A stretch of DNA of 64,000 nucleotides from Fidelibacterota bacterium. Its GTDB lineage: Bacteria; Fidelibacterota; Marinisomatia; Marinisomatales; Marinisomataceae. Each line of letters starts with the position of its first letter. Position 1 is the stretch's first letter. A program made the position numbers and the translations under genes. Positions 49,549-59,036 of this stretch are shown here, piece by piece. The notes beneath the pieces were generated by a model that saw only the letters and a list, made by a program, of their open reading frames with translations, was not told the DNA's origin and did not search any database. The stretch is from positions 5,988 through 69,987 of the forward strand of contig JAOIOW010000002.1 of NCBI GenBank assembly GCA_028140795.1, read 5' to 3'.

Positions 49549-50264
49549 TTTGCTATTACTAAGTTAATTCTTGAACCTTGAGAAACCTTCGTTCCTTCCT
49601 TTGGACTTTGATTTAATACTGTATTTGGTAAAAACTTTTTGTTTTCAACATATTGAATTTTTCCTTCAAAGAAACCTCTTTCCTCAATGATTTTAAGTGC
49701 TTCGCTAAGAAAAATTCCTTGAAAATCAGGAACATCTACTAAATCATTAGGTGCTAATCCATTACTGACTTCAATTCGAACACCAAATCCTTTTCTTATG
49801 CTATCGTTTTCTGTTGGACTTTGCCAAGAAACTATACCTTTTGGATATTTTGAACTGAACGAATAATAAATTGAGTCCAACTCAATACCATTTTGATCCA
49901 ATTCAATTTCTGCAGCTCTTAATGTTTTTCCTAAAAGAGATGGAACAATAATTTTTTGGTTAAATTGGGTAATTTTAACTTTGATTGATCTTCCAAGCTT
50001 TACTTCTTTACCAGATGTTGGAAATTGTTCAATTACTATATTTGGATTTAAGTCATTTGTAAAAATTGTATCAGCTATTACAACCTCGATACCTTCTGAT
50101 TTTGACAACTGATTTGCTTCATCTAATGTTAAGCCTTCTAAATCTGGAATTACTACTACATTTCGTGCATTAATATATAAAGGCATTAGAATAAAATTAA
50201 ATGTCATTAATACTATCACGCCAGTGACAAGAAAAATTGATAAATTTTTAAGTAGATTTTTCAT
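49545..50264 (-). CDS. Membrane-anchored protein made only of three PASTA domains
   Basis: 239 aa with an N-terminal TM helix (LSIFLVTGVIVLMTFNFILMPLYI), then three ~65-aa repeats that begin VVIPDLEGLTLDEA, IIVPSLLGKTLRAA and VDVPDFQGIFLSEA. Confidence 0.75.
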   Translation of the reverse strand: MKNLLKNLSIFLVTGVIVLMTFNFILMPLYINARNVVVIPDLEGLTLDEANQLSKSEGIEVVIADTIFTNDLNPNIVIEQFPTSGKEVKLGRSIKVKITQFNQKIIVPSLLGKTLRAAEIELDQNGIELDSIYYSFSSKYPKGIVSWQSPTENDSIRKGFGVRIEVSNGLAPNDLVDVPDFQGIFLSEALKIIEERGFFEGKIQYVENKKFLPNTVLNQSPKEGTKVSQGSRINLVIAK

Positions 50265-51199
50265 ATAAGAATATTTGAACCTAAATCTTGATAACCTACA
50301 ATAAAATCTTTCGAATCCATTGCTTTTTTACCCTCTAATTGTACGTTATGAAGCCTTAATGCATTTTGACCACACTGAACATCAAAAAAATTTTTATCTA
50401 CATGATATATAGAACCAATTTCGTGATTATTATCATTATTAATTGACTCAGCTTTAAAGATTTTTAATCTTTTGCTATTTATGGTAGTAAAAGCACCAGG
50501 TGTAGGCGAGAAAGCCCTCACTTTAGCCAGTATTACATCTGACTTTTCATTCCAATTAATTTTTAAATCATCCTTTGAAATTTTAGGTGCTAAAGTAGCC
50601 ATACTATTATCTTGTTCAATTAATTCTGAAGAATGGTGCAAACATTTATTAATTGAAGATTCAATAAGATCTGCTCCAGCTTCACTTAATTTTTTTGATA
50701 AAGAACCATAATTATCATCTTTTGTTATTTCAATTTTTAATTGATCAATTATTTTTCCAGTATCAACTTTTGGTTCTATCAAAAAAGTGGAGACTCCTGT
50801 TGAATCTTCTTGATTTAATAATGCATGTTGAATTGGTGCGGCTCCTCTATATTTTGGTAGCAATGAAGAATGGATATTAATGGATCCATGTTTAGGTATT
50901 TCCAGTAAAGACTTTGGAAGAATTCTATACGCAACTACTACAAAAAAATCAGGATTTAAATCTTTAAGTTGATCAATTAAACTTGCGTCATTCAAATCTA
51001 CACCTTCAATAATTTTTAAATTCTCTTCCTTAGCTAAAGTCATCACAGGTGTATCAAGAATTTTTTGTCCACGACCCATTTTTTTTGATTTGTTTGTAAC
51101 AACTGCTTTAAGATTAAAACTGTTATTACAAGCTAGAAGAGTTGGGTTTGAAAAATCAGTATTACCAAAAAAAATTATATTTATATCTTTATTTGACAT
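50261..51199 (-). CDS. fmt: Methionyl-tRNA formyltransferase
   Basis: 312 aa with IIFFGNTDFS, the HSSLLPKYRGAAPIQ motif and a C-terminal beta-barrel domain. Confidence 0.9.
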   Translation of the reverse strand: MSNKDINIIFFGNTDFSNPTLLACNNSFNLKAVVTNKSKKMGRGQKILDTPVMTLAKEENLKIIEGVDLNDASLIDQLKDLNPDFFVVVAYRILPKSLLEIPKHGSINIHSSLLPKYRGAAPIQHALLNQEDSTGVSTFLIEPKVDTGKIIDQLKIEITKDDNYGSLSKKLSEAGADLIESSINKCLHHSSELIEQDNSMATLAPKISKDDLKINWNEKSDVILAKVRAFSPTPGAFTTINSKRLKIFKAESINNDNNHEIGSIYHVDKNFFDVQCGQNALRLHNVQLEGKKAMDSKDFIVGYQDLGSNILI

Positions 51200-51698
51200 T
51201 GCTTGATTTCATTAATTTAAGCGCCTTATCATATTTTAAAAGATCTGCAGGAGTAGCATAATCAGTTATTAATTTTCCATCGAGATGATCATTTTCATGT
51301 TGTATAACTGTGGCTAAAAAGCCGCTAAAAACCTTTATATGTTTTTCAAGGTTGTGATCTAAATATTCATATGTTATTGAATCATAGCGCTCTACATTGA
51401 TTCTAATTTCAGGCAATGAAAGACATCCTTCAGAATCAACACAAGATCCTTCACCACTAATTATTTTTCCATTGATAAATACTAAAGGAGATTCACATTC
51501 ATCTGTGTGAGATATATCTACTACAAATATGCGCTTATTTATTCCAATTTGGTTTGCTGCTAGTCCAATACCATCAAACTCATACATTGTATCGAATAAA
51601 TCATCAATTAAACTTCTAATGTTTGAAAAGTCTGTTATATTTTTTGATATTGCTCTAAGAGCAGAATGACCATATGTAACTACTTTTTGAACTGCCAT
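51189..51698 (-). CDS. def: Peptide deformylase
   Basis: 169 aa with GIGLAANQIG, EGCLS and HENDHLDG metal-binding motifs. Confidence 0.95.
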   Translation of the reverse strand: MAVQKVVTYGHSALRAISKNITDFSNIRSLIDDLFDTMYEFDGIGLAANQIGINKRIFVVDISHTDECESPLVFINGKIISGEGSCVDSEGCLSLPEIRINVERYDSITYEYLDHNLEKHIKVFSGFLATVIQHENDHLDGKLITDYATPADLLKYDKALKLMKSSNVK

Positions 51699-51701
51699 AA
51701 A

Positions 51702-52013
51702 TTATTTTGAGGAATTTTTAACTTTTGCAATTGCAACTCTGTCGACAGTCATTTCATTTTCATTAGATATTTTTATAATTACAGTTTCACTTTTTACCGC
51801 AGTAACTTTTCCATGAATTCCTCCAATAGTCACTACTCTATCTCCTTTTGCTAAATTTTCTTGCATCAATTTTACTGATTCTTGTTTTTTAGAATTAGGT
51901 CTTAGAATGAAATAGTATAACACTAAAAAAATTAGGAAGATTGGTAATTGGGAAAGAAAAATATCTAGAAAAGATGCTTCGCTTTGTTGCATTATTATTA
52001 TTTTTTGATTCAT
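51702..52013 (-). CDS. yajC: Preprotein translocase subunit YajC
   Basis: 103 aa with one TM helix, then KGDRVVTIGGIHGKV, which is characteristic of YajC. Confidence 0.8.
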   Translation of the reverse strand: MNQKIIIMQQSEASFLDIFLSQLPIFLIFLVLYYFILRPNSKKQESVKLMQENLAKGDRVVTIGGIHGKVTAVKSETVIIKISNENEMTVDRVAIAKVKNSSK

Positions 52014-52027
52014 GGACTAAAATTAGT

Positions 52028-54094
52028 TTACCTGAAGTTCTTTAACAAGACCATAACTTTGGGCTTAAAAAGATAAAAACACATGAAAAGCACAATAAGA
52101 TTTGAAACTGTATGTAAAATGTTAAATAAATCATTATCATATTCAAAAATTATCTTATTTGTTCCAGCTTTCACCTCTACTGCTCTCAAAACACCGTTTG
52201 CTCTAAAAACTTCTACTTCAGAGTCATCAATATAGGCTTTCCATCTAGCAGGATAATAAATTTCACTTAGCATTAATAGTCCTTTTTCATTTGCTTCATA
52301 ATCAATAATGATTGTTTCCACGTCCCAATCAATATTAAGAATTTTACCAATTGTATATCTTGAATCATCTAGTTTATCCACTATTGCAGTTTTTGATGGA
52401 TTAAATGCAGATGCGTTCAAATAATTATACAAATTTTGATCTTCTTTAATTACATCTTTTACAAACCACGCTCTTGGATTACTTTGATCTAAATTATAAA
52501 TATAAACTTTCTTTCTTCCATTGACTGATTGAAAAACGGACTCTTTTTCTAGTATTAGTTTGGGATGAGAAATTTCAACAGGGCTAATAAAATATTTTAC
52601 ATTTAAAAATTGTAATACTGGTATTGAAAGTAAGTTATTTGTGTTCTTTAGCAATTCAGAATAATGACCAAATTTTGCTGGATGATATCCTCCAACTGAT
52701 TCAATACCATGATATTTAAATTTTGGATCAGTAAACAAAGATCCTGCAGGGTAAATTCTATTTAAACTGAGGTTTTCTTTTAAAAAAATTATTGTTTCGT
52801 CCTCATTAAATACAGACTCAAAGCTTTCAATAGTTGCAATTTGATTTTGTTGGCCTGAATCTTGTCTTGGATTGATAATTCTACTATCAATCCTATATAT
52901 ATCAATCAAGGAAAGTATCAAAAATATATAATAAATGGTCTGTGTCTGAATTTGAGGAAATTTATTCTTAATTATTTCAAGAGTATCTTTTAAGCCATAA
53001 GCGCATAAGATATACATGCAAAAATTTGATACAATGAGTATCATGCTTGGAACTCTAAAGCTGCTAAAAAAAGGTAAATAATTATAGAAGAATTGGTAAA
53101 AGATTTCGAAATACTTTCCAAAAGATAATAGAATTGAAATTACTAATACCGTCCAAAAAAATAATCTCATGCTGTTTAACTTTCTACATGACAAAAAAGC
53201 AAATAATAGTACTGGCAATCCAACATAATTTGGGAAATCAGTAAAAGGCATAAAACCCGTATAAGTTGATCCTCCGAATCCAAAGAAATTAGGCAAGAGG
53301 TATGTCAATAATTCCTTAGGGTGCATAGACCAATTTGTTGCATAAGCAAAACTACCCATATTGCTAGATCTAATTGACATTTCACGGTAATCCAAGGATG
53401 GTAAGTAAATATGTGAAGCAATTAAGAATGCAATAATAATTCCTGAAAAGAATAAAGCAGCATATTTTTTATTTCTATTTTGATAAAAAGAATAAATGAA
53501 GAAAGATCCTAATAACATACAACTATAATAAGCTATTTGGACATGCGCTCTTTGTAATTGCAAGCCTAGAAACAAAGCAAATAAAAGCATATTGAAAATT
53601 GATTGCTCATCTTTCAATCTTAAAAGCAATAATAATGTAATTGGAAAAAAAGCAGCTGTCATCATCTGACTTCCATGCCCATAAACAATCATAGTGATTA
53701 AAAAAGGATTTAACATCCAAAGCAATCCTGAAATAAATGCAATTTTCTTATTTTGAATAAGCTTTTGAACCAAATAAAACATACTTGCTGCAGAAAAAAC
53801 TAGATGAATAAATTGAATATTTAAGTCTGAAACACCTAGCAAATCTAAAAAGTAGCTTGGCAGATATAGTAGATTGACATAAGTAAATGCTTCTAAGGTT
53901 GGCATTCCAGAAAAAATCCATGGTTGCCATTGTGGCCACTCTGATGAAGCTAATCTAATCTGATCAAGAATATGATGTATGGCATAAGGATTAAACGAGT
54001 CACCGGAGGCAAATGTATTTCCAAAGATTATAACATCATTAAAAAAGAATAGAACAAAAATAGTATAAATTAGTATTATGATAGAAAGATACAT
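52028..54094 (-). CDS. YfhO-like polytopic membrane glycosyltransferase (GT-C-like)
   Basis: 688 aa with about 12 TM helices in the N-terminal 400 aa and a large extracytoplasmic C-terminal domain plus a terminal TM. N-terminal GDSFNPY...WPQWQPWIFSGMPTLEAF resembles the YfhO family signature (recognised from memory). Confidence 0.55.
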   Translation of the reverse strand: MYLSIIILIYTIFVLFFFNDVIIFGNTFASGDSFNPYAIHHILDQIRLASSEWPQWQPWIFSGMPTLEAFTYVNLLYLPSYFLDLLGVSDLNIQFIHLVFSAASMFYLVQKLIQNKKIAFISGLLWMLNPFLITMIVYGHGSQMMTAAFFPITLLLLLRLKDEQSIFNMLLFALFLGLQLQRAHVQIAYYSCMLLGSFFIYSFYQNRNKKYAALFFSGIIIAFLIASHIYLPSLDYREMSIRSSNMGSFAYATNWSMHPKELLTYLLPNFFGFGGSTYTGFMPFTDFPNYVGLPVLLFAFLSCRKLNSMRLFFWTVLVISILLSFGKYFEIFYQFFYNYLPFFSSFRVPSMILIVSNFCMYILCAYGLKDTLEIIKNKFPQIQTQTIYYIFLILSLIDIYRIDSRIINPRQDSGQQNQIATIESFESVFNEDETIIFLKENLSLNRIYPAGSLFTDPKFKYHGIESVGGYHPAKFGHYSELLKNTNNLLSIPVLQFLNVKYFISPVEISHPKLILEKESVFQSVNGRKKVYIYNLDQSNPRAWFVKDVIKEDQNLYNYLNASAFNPSKTAIVDKLDDSRYTIGKILNIDWDVETIIIDYEANEKGLLMLSEIYYPARWKAYIDDSEVEVFRANGVLRAVEVKAGTNKIIFEYDNDLFNILHTVSNLIVLFMCFYLFKPKVMVLLKNFR

Positions 54095-54095
54095 T

Positions 54096-55607
54096 TTAAA
54101 TCAATTTTGTTTTAAATGAGTTAATTAGTTCTTTATCCTCCTCATCAAAACCCATTAAAAAATAAATAAGGAAATAAGTCAACAAAACCAATGCAAAATG
54201 AACTAGCAGGTAAACTATTAAACCTAATATGCTATCTAAACTAAATAGATTTAAAAAAATATTTTTGGCATTAGAGTAGATTAAAAATGTAATTAAACCA
54301 GATATAATTGGCTTAATAAGCTTTATTGAAAACAAATTCAATTTCATTAAAACTATATTTTCAATAAATCTTAAGATACTCAGAATAAATAGAGCTATCG
54401 CCGTTGATAAAGCTGCGCCTACTATACCATATAAAGGGATTAAAATATAATTCAATGAAATATTCAAAATCAGGGCGATTGAAACATTAATTAAATTAAT
54501 TGAAGTATTTCCGCTCATAGAAAGTGTTGATGAACCTAAACCAAAAATTGTTTGAATGAAAATTCCAGTTAATAGAATTTTTAATGCAAAAGCATTATCA
54601 AATTCTGAACCAAATAGCAATAACATTGGGCTTGCAAAAACAAATAAAAATATAAATACTGGCAAAGAAAACATTAAAATATACTTTGAGGAAGATTGAT
54701 AAGATTCTTTCATTCCTGGAATATTTTTATTGAAATAATGTTCTGAAAATATTGGTGCAAAAATTCCAGCAAAAGCAAATAAAATCATTCTAACTAGTCC
54801 AGCTGTTCGATCTATAGGATGATACATTCCCACATCAATAGCACTAGATAAAACTCCTAACATTACTATATCAACCCAATGCATAATAATGCCAATCGCC
54901 GAAACAAACATTAATGGTATAGAAAATCTTAAAATTTCTTCATCTACTTTAGAATTAATAATATTCTTAAGATTAATTTGTGCAAAATTTCTCAAAAATT
55001 TTACGATGAAGATTAAACCAATAACAGCAGAAGTTACTGTTGGTATCAAAATGGATAATTTTGTTCCGAGCAAATAATATGATGCTAAAAATCCAATCAA
55101 AAGCGTAAGAGGATTTACAATTTGATTAACAAAGATTTTATATTTTAAAATTTTAAACGCTTGGGTTGCAAAAGAAGATATTAGAGTTAAAACGGAAAAA
55201 GGAAGACTTATCGCAAATACTTTTATAACTGTTATTAAAAATTTATCTTCATTCAACAAATTATTAACAATGAAATCAGCAGATAAAAATAAAATAATAG
55301 AAATTATGATACTAGATAATAGTCCAGCTTTTAAAGATGAATAAATAGAATTATTAACATTCTCTGAATTTTCGGTATCTCTACTTACAAATCTTAAAAC
55401 ACCGTTATCAAGTCCCATTAATGCAAATATTTCTGCAATTCTTGTAACAGCATTTCCTAAAGAATAAATACCTAACATCTGTGCGCCAAGAAATCTTGCC
55501 ATTACTATTGAAAATATATATCTAAAAACTGAACCTAATGTCATTCCAGAGAATGAAATAAAAGCTTCGCTTAGAATTGTTTTCTGATTGGATGGTTTGC
55601 TGCTCAT
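54096..55607 (-). CDS. MOP-superfamily polysaccharide flippase (Wzx-like)
   Basis: 503 aa with about 14 TM helices. N-terminal FSGMTLGSVFRYIFSIVMARFLGAQMLGIYSL is typical of polysaccharide biosynthesis (PST) flippases. Confidence 0.7.
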   Translation of the reverse strand: MSSKPSNQKTILSEAFISFSGMTLGSVFRYIFSIVMARFLGAQMLGIYSLGNAVTRIAEIFALMGLDNGVLRFVSRDTENSENVNNSIYSSLKAGLLSSIIISIILFLSADFIVNNLLNEDKFLITVIKVFAISLPFSVLTLISSFATQAFKILKYKIFVNQIVNPLTLLIGFLASYYLLGTKLSILIPTVTSAVIGLIFIVKFLRNFAQINLKNIINSKVDEEILRFSIPLMFVSAIGIIMHWVDIVMLGVLSSAIDVGMYHPIDRTAGLVRMILFAFAGIFAPIFSEHYFNKNIPGMKESYQSSSKYILMFSLPVFIFLFVFASPMLLLFGSEFDNAFALKILLTGIFIQTIFGLGSSTLSMSGNTSINLINVSIALILNISLNYILIPLYGIVGAALSTAIALFILSILRFIENIVLMKLNLFSIKLIKPIISGLITFLIYSNAKNIFLNLFSLDSILGLIVYLLVHFALVLLTYFLIYFLMGFDEEDKELINSFKTKLI

Positions 55608-56452
55608 TTATTTCTTAAATATAACCATCTTATAAATTGAAATGGTAAATGAAATAATATCCAATAAATAGATATAGAAATTAATTGGATTCCTGTCGCA
55701 TGCTTCCAAAAGAGTTTCAATTGATTTTTTATCTTCATAAAATTTTTCTTTGAAGAATGTTCTCCATAAGATTGAGAAACATTATGAAGAATTACAGATT
55801 TTGGAGCATAAATTATATTTCTATTTAATTGACGAGCTTTTAATGATAAATCAACATCTTCACAGTACATATCAAATGTTTCGTCAAAAAAATTAAGTTT
55901 TTTTAAATCTTCAAATCTCAAGCACATACAACAACCAGTAGCATAATCTGTTTCATTTATGAATGAATATTTTGGTCCATCAAAATCTCTTATTCCAATA
56001 TGATAAATTAAACCCCTCCATAAATCTACAACACCTCCAGCGTACCAAATTTTATTGATATTTGATGAGTATAATATCTTTGGTGTTGAAATAATTGCTT
56101 TTTGATCTTTCGCTAAAGGATTAATTAATTCGTCAATAAAATTTCTGCTAACAATTGTATCGTCATTTAAAAGAATGATAAAATCATTATCATCAACATT
56201 TATTTTCTTTAAACCTTCGTTATATCCTCTGCCAAATTTAAAGTTTTTACTATTTTTTATTGTTTGAACATTCGGAAAATTTTCAGAAATCATTTTTAAT
56301 GAATCATCTGATGAATTATTGTCAATTACAGAAATAGTAAAATTTTTATGATCAACATTTTCAATTGATTCTAAACATCTTTTTAAAATTTTATTATTAT
56401 TCCATGTTAAAATAACAATGTGAACTTTATAAGATTCTGAATTTTCAATCAT
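55604..56452 (-). CDS. Family 2 glycosyltransferase
   Basis: VHIVILTWNN...VIDNNSSDDS...LLNDDTIV (DxD) is a GT2 fold. I chose the ATG at 56452 (8-nt overlap with the upstream gene) over the TTG at 56473 given in the ORF track. Confidence 0.8.
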   Translation of the reverse strand: MIENSESYKVHIVILTWNNNKILKRCLESIENVDHKNFTISVIDNNSSDDSLKMISENFPNVQTIKNSKNFKFGRGYNEGLKKINVDDNDFIILLNDDTIVSRNFIDELINPLAKDQKAIISTPKILYSSNINKIWYAGGVVDLWRGLIYHIGIRDFDGPKYSFINETDYATGCCMCLRFEDLKKLNFFDETFDMYCEDVDLSLKARQLNRNIIYAPKSVILHNVSQSYGEHSSKKNFMKIKNQLKLFWKHATGIQLISISIYWILFHLPFQFIRWLYLRNK

Positions 56453-57560
56453 AAAGCTGTAATGTTCTTTCAAATTCTTCCCAAGAAAAATTCTTTTTAT
56501 GGTTAGATATATTTTTAGTCATTATATCATACATATTATTTTTAAAAAACGAATGAATTGATAAGGCAACTTCATCTTCATTTGGATCTACAATATATCC
56601 AGTTTCTTTTTCAACAATATAATCTTTAAGCCCTCCTTTAGATGATACAATGGCAGGCAAATTAAAGTTCATAGAAAGCGATAGGATTCCACTTTGTGTT
56701 GCTTGCTTATATGGAAGAACGATTAAGTCTGAGCTAAGGAAATATTTGCTTAGATCTTCCTTGCTAACAAAGTTAGGATGAATTATAAATGAACTTTCAA
56801 GTCCATACTCTTTAATTTTATTCAAATAATTACTCAAATCAGTATACGGCTCACCTACTATAAAAACTTTCAAGTTTGGTATTTTTATTTTAAGGCGATT
56901 TACGGCATTAATTAATATATCTAAACCTTTATAAGGTCTAATGAGACCAAAAAATAGTATAGTTGGTTCAGATTTTAACCCAAGATTATTTTTAAATCTT
57001 TCTCGATCATCAATGTTGTAATCAATTTCATATATTGGATGAAATGAATTAATTATTTTAGCTTCTAAATTATATCTTTTGATTCTTTTCATTTCATTTT
57101 GATTCATAACTACTAGATGAGTTCCTTCTTTTAGCATTTTTTTTAGAAAAAAGTTTTGAAATGGAAAATTTTGATGAGATTTAGCATTATGAATTAAGAA
57201 GTAGACTTTTTTTGTATTTATTCTTTTAGCAATATATGAATACATCATAGAAAAAAAAGGGTGCCAATAAGAAAAAATGACGATATCTGTATTTAATTCA
57301 TTGATTTTTTTAATTGCTTTTCTCCAAGAAAAAATATTTAATGGATTTAAAATTCTTGACGATGAATTATTATTTGATACATTGTTTTTATATTGTGACT
57401 TGCCTGGAAAAAAAATTTTAGGATATAATTTTTTGAAATTTAAAATGGTTACATCATGACTATTTTTTAATTGAGTAACTAAATGATGATTAAAATCTGC
57501 AATACCACCTCTAAAAGGAGAATAAGGACCAATAGAAACAATTTTTAAATTATTATTCAA
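56445..57560 (-). CDS. Family 4 (GT-B) glycosyltransferase
   Basis: 371 aa. The N-terminal SPFRGGIADF and the C-terminal LPYKQATQSGILSLSMNFNLPAIVSSKGGLKDYIVEKETGYIV correspond to the GT4 EX7E region. Confidence 0.8.
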   Translation of the reverse strand: MNNNLKIVSIGPYSPFRGGIADFNHHLVTQLKNSHDVTILNFKKLYPKIFFPGKSQYKNNVSNNNSSSRILNPLNIFSWRKAIKKINELNTDIVIFSYWHPFFSMMYSYIAKRINTKKVYFLIHNAKSHQNFPFQNFFLKKMLKEGTHLVVMNQNEMKRIKRYNLEAKIINSFHPIYEIDYNIDDRERFKNNLGLKSEPTILFFGLIRPYKGLDILINAVNRLKIKIPNLKVFIVGEPYTDLSNYLNKIKEYGLESSFIIHPNFVSKEDLSKYFLSSDLIVLPYKQATQSGILSLSMNFNLPAIVSSKGGLKDYIVEKETGYIVDPNEDEVALSIHSFFKNNMYDIMTKNISNHKKNFSWEEFERTLQLYD

Positions 57561-58476
57561 TTACTTCTTTAATGAAATTTTTTGTTTTGTGATTTTTATT
57601 TACAATTATTTCACCAATTAATCCAAAGGTAAATAATTGCACACCAGTAATTATTAACAAGCTCCCAAAAATTATCATAGCTATGTGTTGTTGAAAAGAG
57701 TGGAGCAAAACATACTTACAATAAAGAATATATATTTCTGCTATTAAGCCAAATAATATTGATAAAAATCCAACCATTCCAAAAAAATGCAATGGTCTGT
57801 CCATATACTTTCCAAGAAATAAGATTGTCATAAAATCAAAAAAACCATGTTTATATCTTTCAGCTCCATATTTTGATTTCCCAAATTTTCGTTCTCTATG
57901 ATTTACAGGTATTTCCTTTACATTAAACCCTTTCTGATGAGCTAATAAAGGGATATATCTATGTCTACCTCCATAAAGATTTAAAGACTTGGCCACTTCT
58001 TTTTTTAAGACCTTAATTCCGGAGTTTGAATCTTTAATTTTTAATCCACTAAAAAGTTTTATAAAAAAATTAAATATTTTTGATGCAATTTTTTTCTCTA
58101 AAGGATCTAATCTATCTTTCTTCCATCCTACAATTACGTCATCTTCATTTAATTCACGAACAAGATTGATAAGTTCTTTTGGATCATCTTGAAGATCACC
58201 ATCTAATGTAGCTATTAATTCATTTGAAGCAATATCAATGCCGGATTGAAGTGCTACAGACTTTCCATAGTTTCTATAAAGGTTAATGAGCTTCCATGTA
58301 GAATGATTTGCGATTTCATTTTCAATCACTTTTTGAGACATATCTGACGAACCATCATTAATAAAAATAATTTCAATTGATTGATTATTCTCAAAACTGT
58401 TTTTCAACTCTTCAAATAATGCCTGAAGAGATTCTTCCTCATTATATATTGGTATAAGTATAGATAAGCTTTTCAT
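57553..58476 (-). CDS. Polyprenol-phosphate glycosyltransferase (GtrB/DPM1/ArnC-like GT2 with two C-terminal TM helices)
   Basis: 307 aa with LSILIPIYNEEESL, INDGSSD and LDGDLQDDP (DxD). Two C-terminal TM helices (FFGMVGFLSILFGLIAEIYIL and MIIFGSLLIITGVQLFTFGLIGEI). Confidence 0.8.
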   Translation of the reverse strand: MKSLSILIPIYNEEESLQALFEELKNSFENNQSIEIIFINDGSSDMSQKVIENEIANHSTWKLINLYRNYGKSVALQSGIDIASNELIATLDGDLQDDPKELINLVRELNEDDVIVGWKKDRLDPLEKKIASKIFNFFIKLFSGLKIKDSNSGIKVLKKEVAKSLNLYGGRHRYIPLLAHQKGFNVKEIPVNHRERKFGKSKYGAERYKHGFFDFMTILFLGKYMDRPLHFFGMVGFLSILFGLIAEIYILYCKYVLLHSFQQHIAMIIFGSLLIITGVQLFTFGLIGEIIVNKNHKTKNFIKEVIE

Positions 58477-59036
58477 TATTCAAAATTTCTTCTATTAAAT
58501 TTTAATGTATAGTTCTGTTTATCATTATTAAGTAAAAATACAATCTCGTTCAGATAATTACTACCATCAATTGAAATCAACTTAGTTGTAATGACGTATG
58601 AATTTCTCAATTGAATATCGACTTTACTTAAAGCTTCAGTATCTCCCCAAAGAATACTTTTGTAGAAATTTGAATTCAATTGATTTGATAAAGGGAAAAA
58701 TCTATTAAACTCCTCTTGGGAGATTTCAACTTTTTTGCGGACATTTAAATATCTAATTGAATCATTATTTACTTCAATCATATACTGTCTTCTTCCCAAA
58801 AAATCTTTGAACACGATAATTGAATTATTTCCAGAAGATTCAAAAATAAATGGTGAAGAAAAATTTGATTTTCCTTTTCCCTGTAAAACACCATTGCCAA
58901 TAACTCTATTAAAATTTTTTTCTAATTCCTCAATTTTAATATTTTCAGAATCTATTACTTGGATGTTATTATTGGTGGAGCATGAAGCAAAAATAACTGC
59001 AAATACGACAATTATAAGTTTTTTATTGAGATTCAT
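58476..59036 (-). CDS. Lipoprotein, possibly LolB/DUF4292-like
   Basis: I prefer Met14 of the ORF (MNLNKKLIIVVFAVIFASCS), which gives a lipobox. The ~170-aa mature part shows the pattern GKGKSNFSSPFIFESS..SIIVFKDFLGRRQYMIEVNNDSIRYLN, reminiscent of LolB-fold DUF4292 proteins that sit next to TPR proteins in FCB genomes (recognised from memory). Confidence 0.4.
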   Translation of the reverse strand: MNLNKKLIIVVFAVIFASCSTNNNIQVIDSENIKIEELEKNFNRVIGNGVLQGKGKSNFSSPFIFESSGNNSIIVFKDFLGRRQYMIEVNNDSIRYLNVRKKVEISQEEFNRFFPLSNQLNSNFYKSILWGDTEALSKVDIQLRNSYVITTKLISIDGSNYLNEIVFLLNNDKQNYTLKFNRRNFE

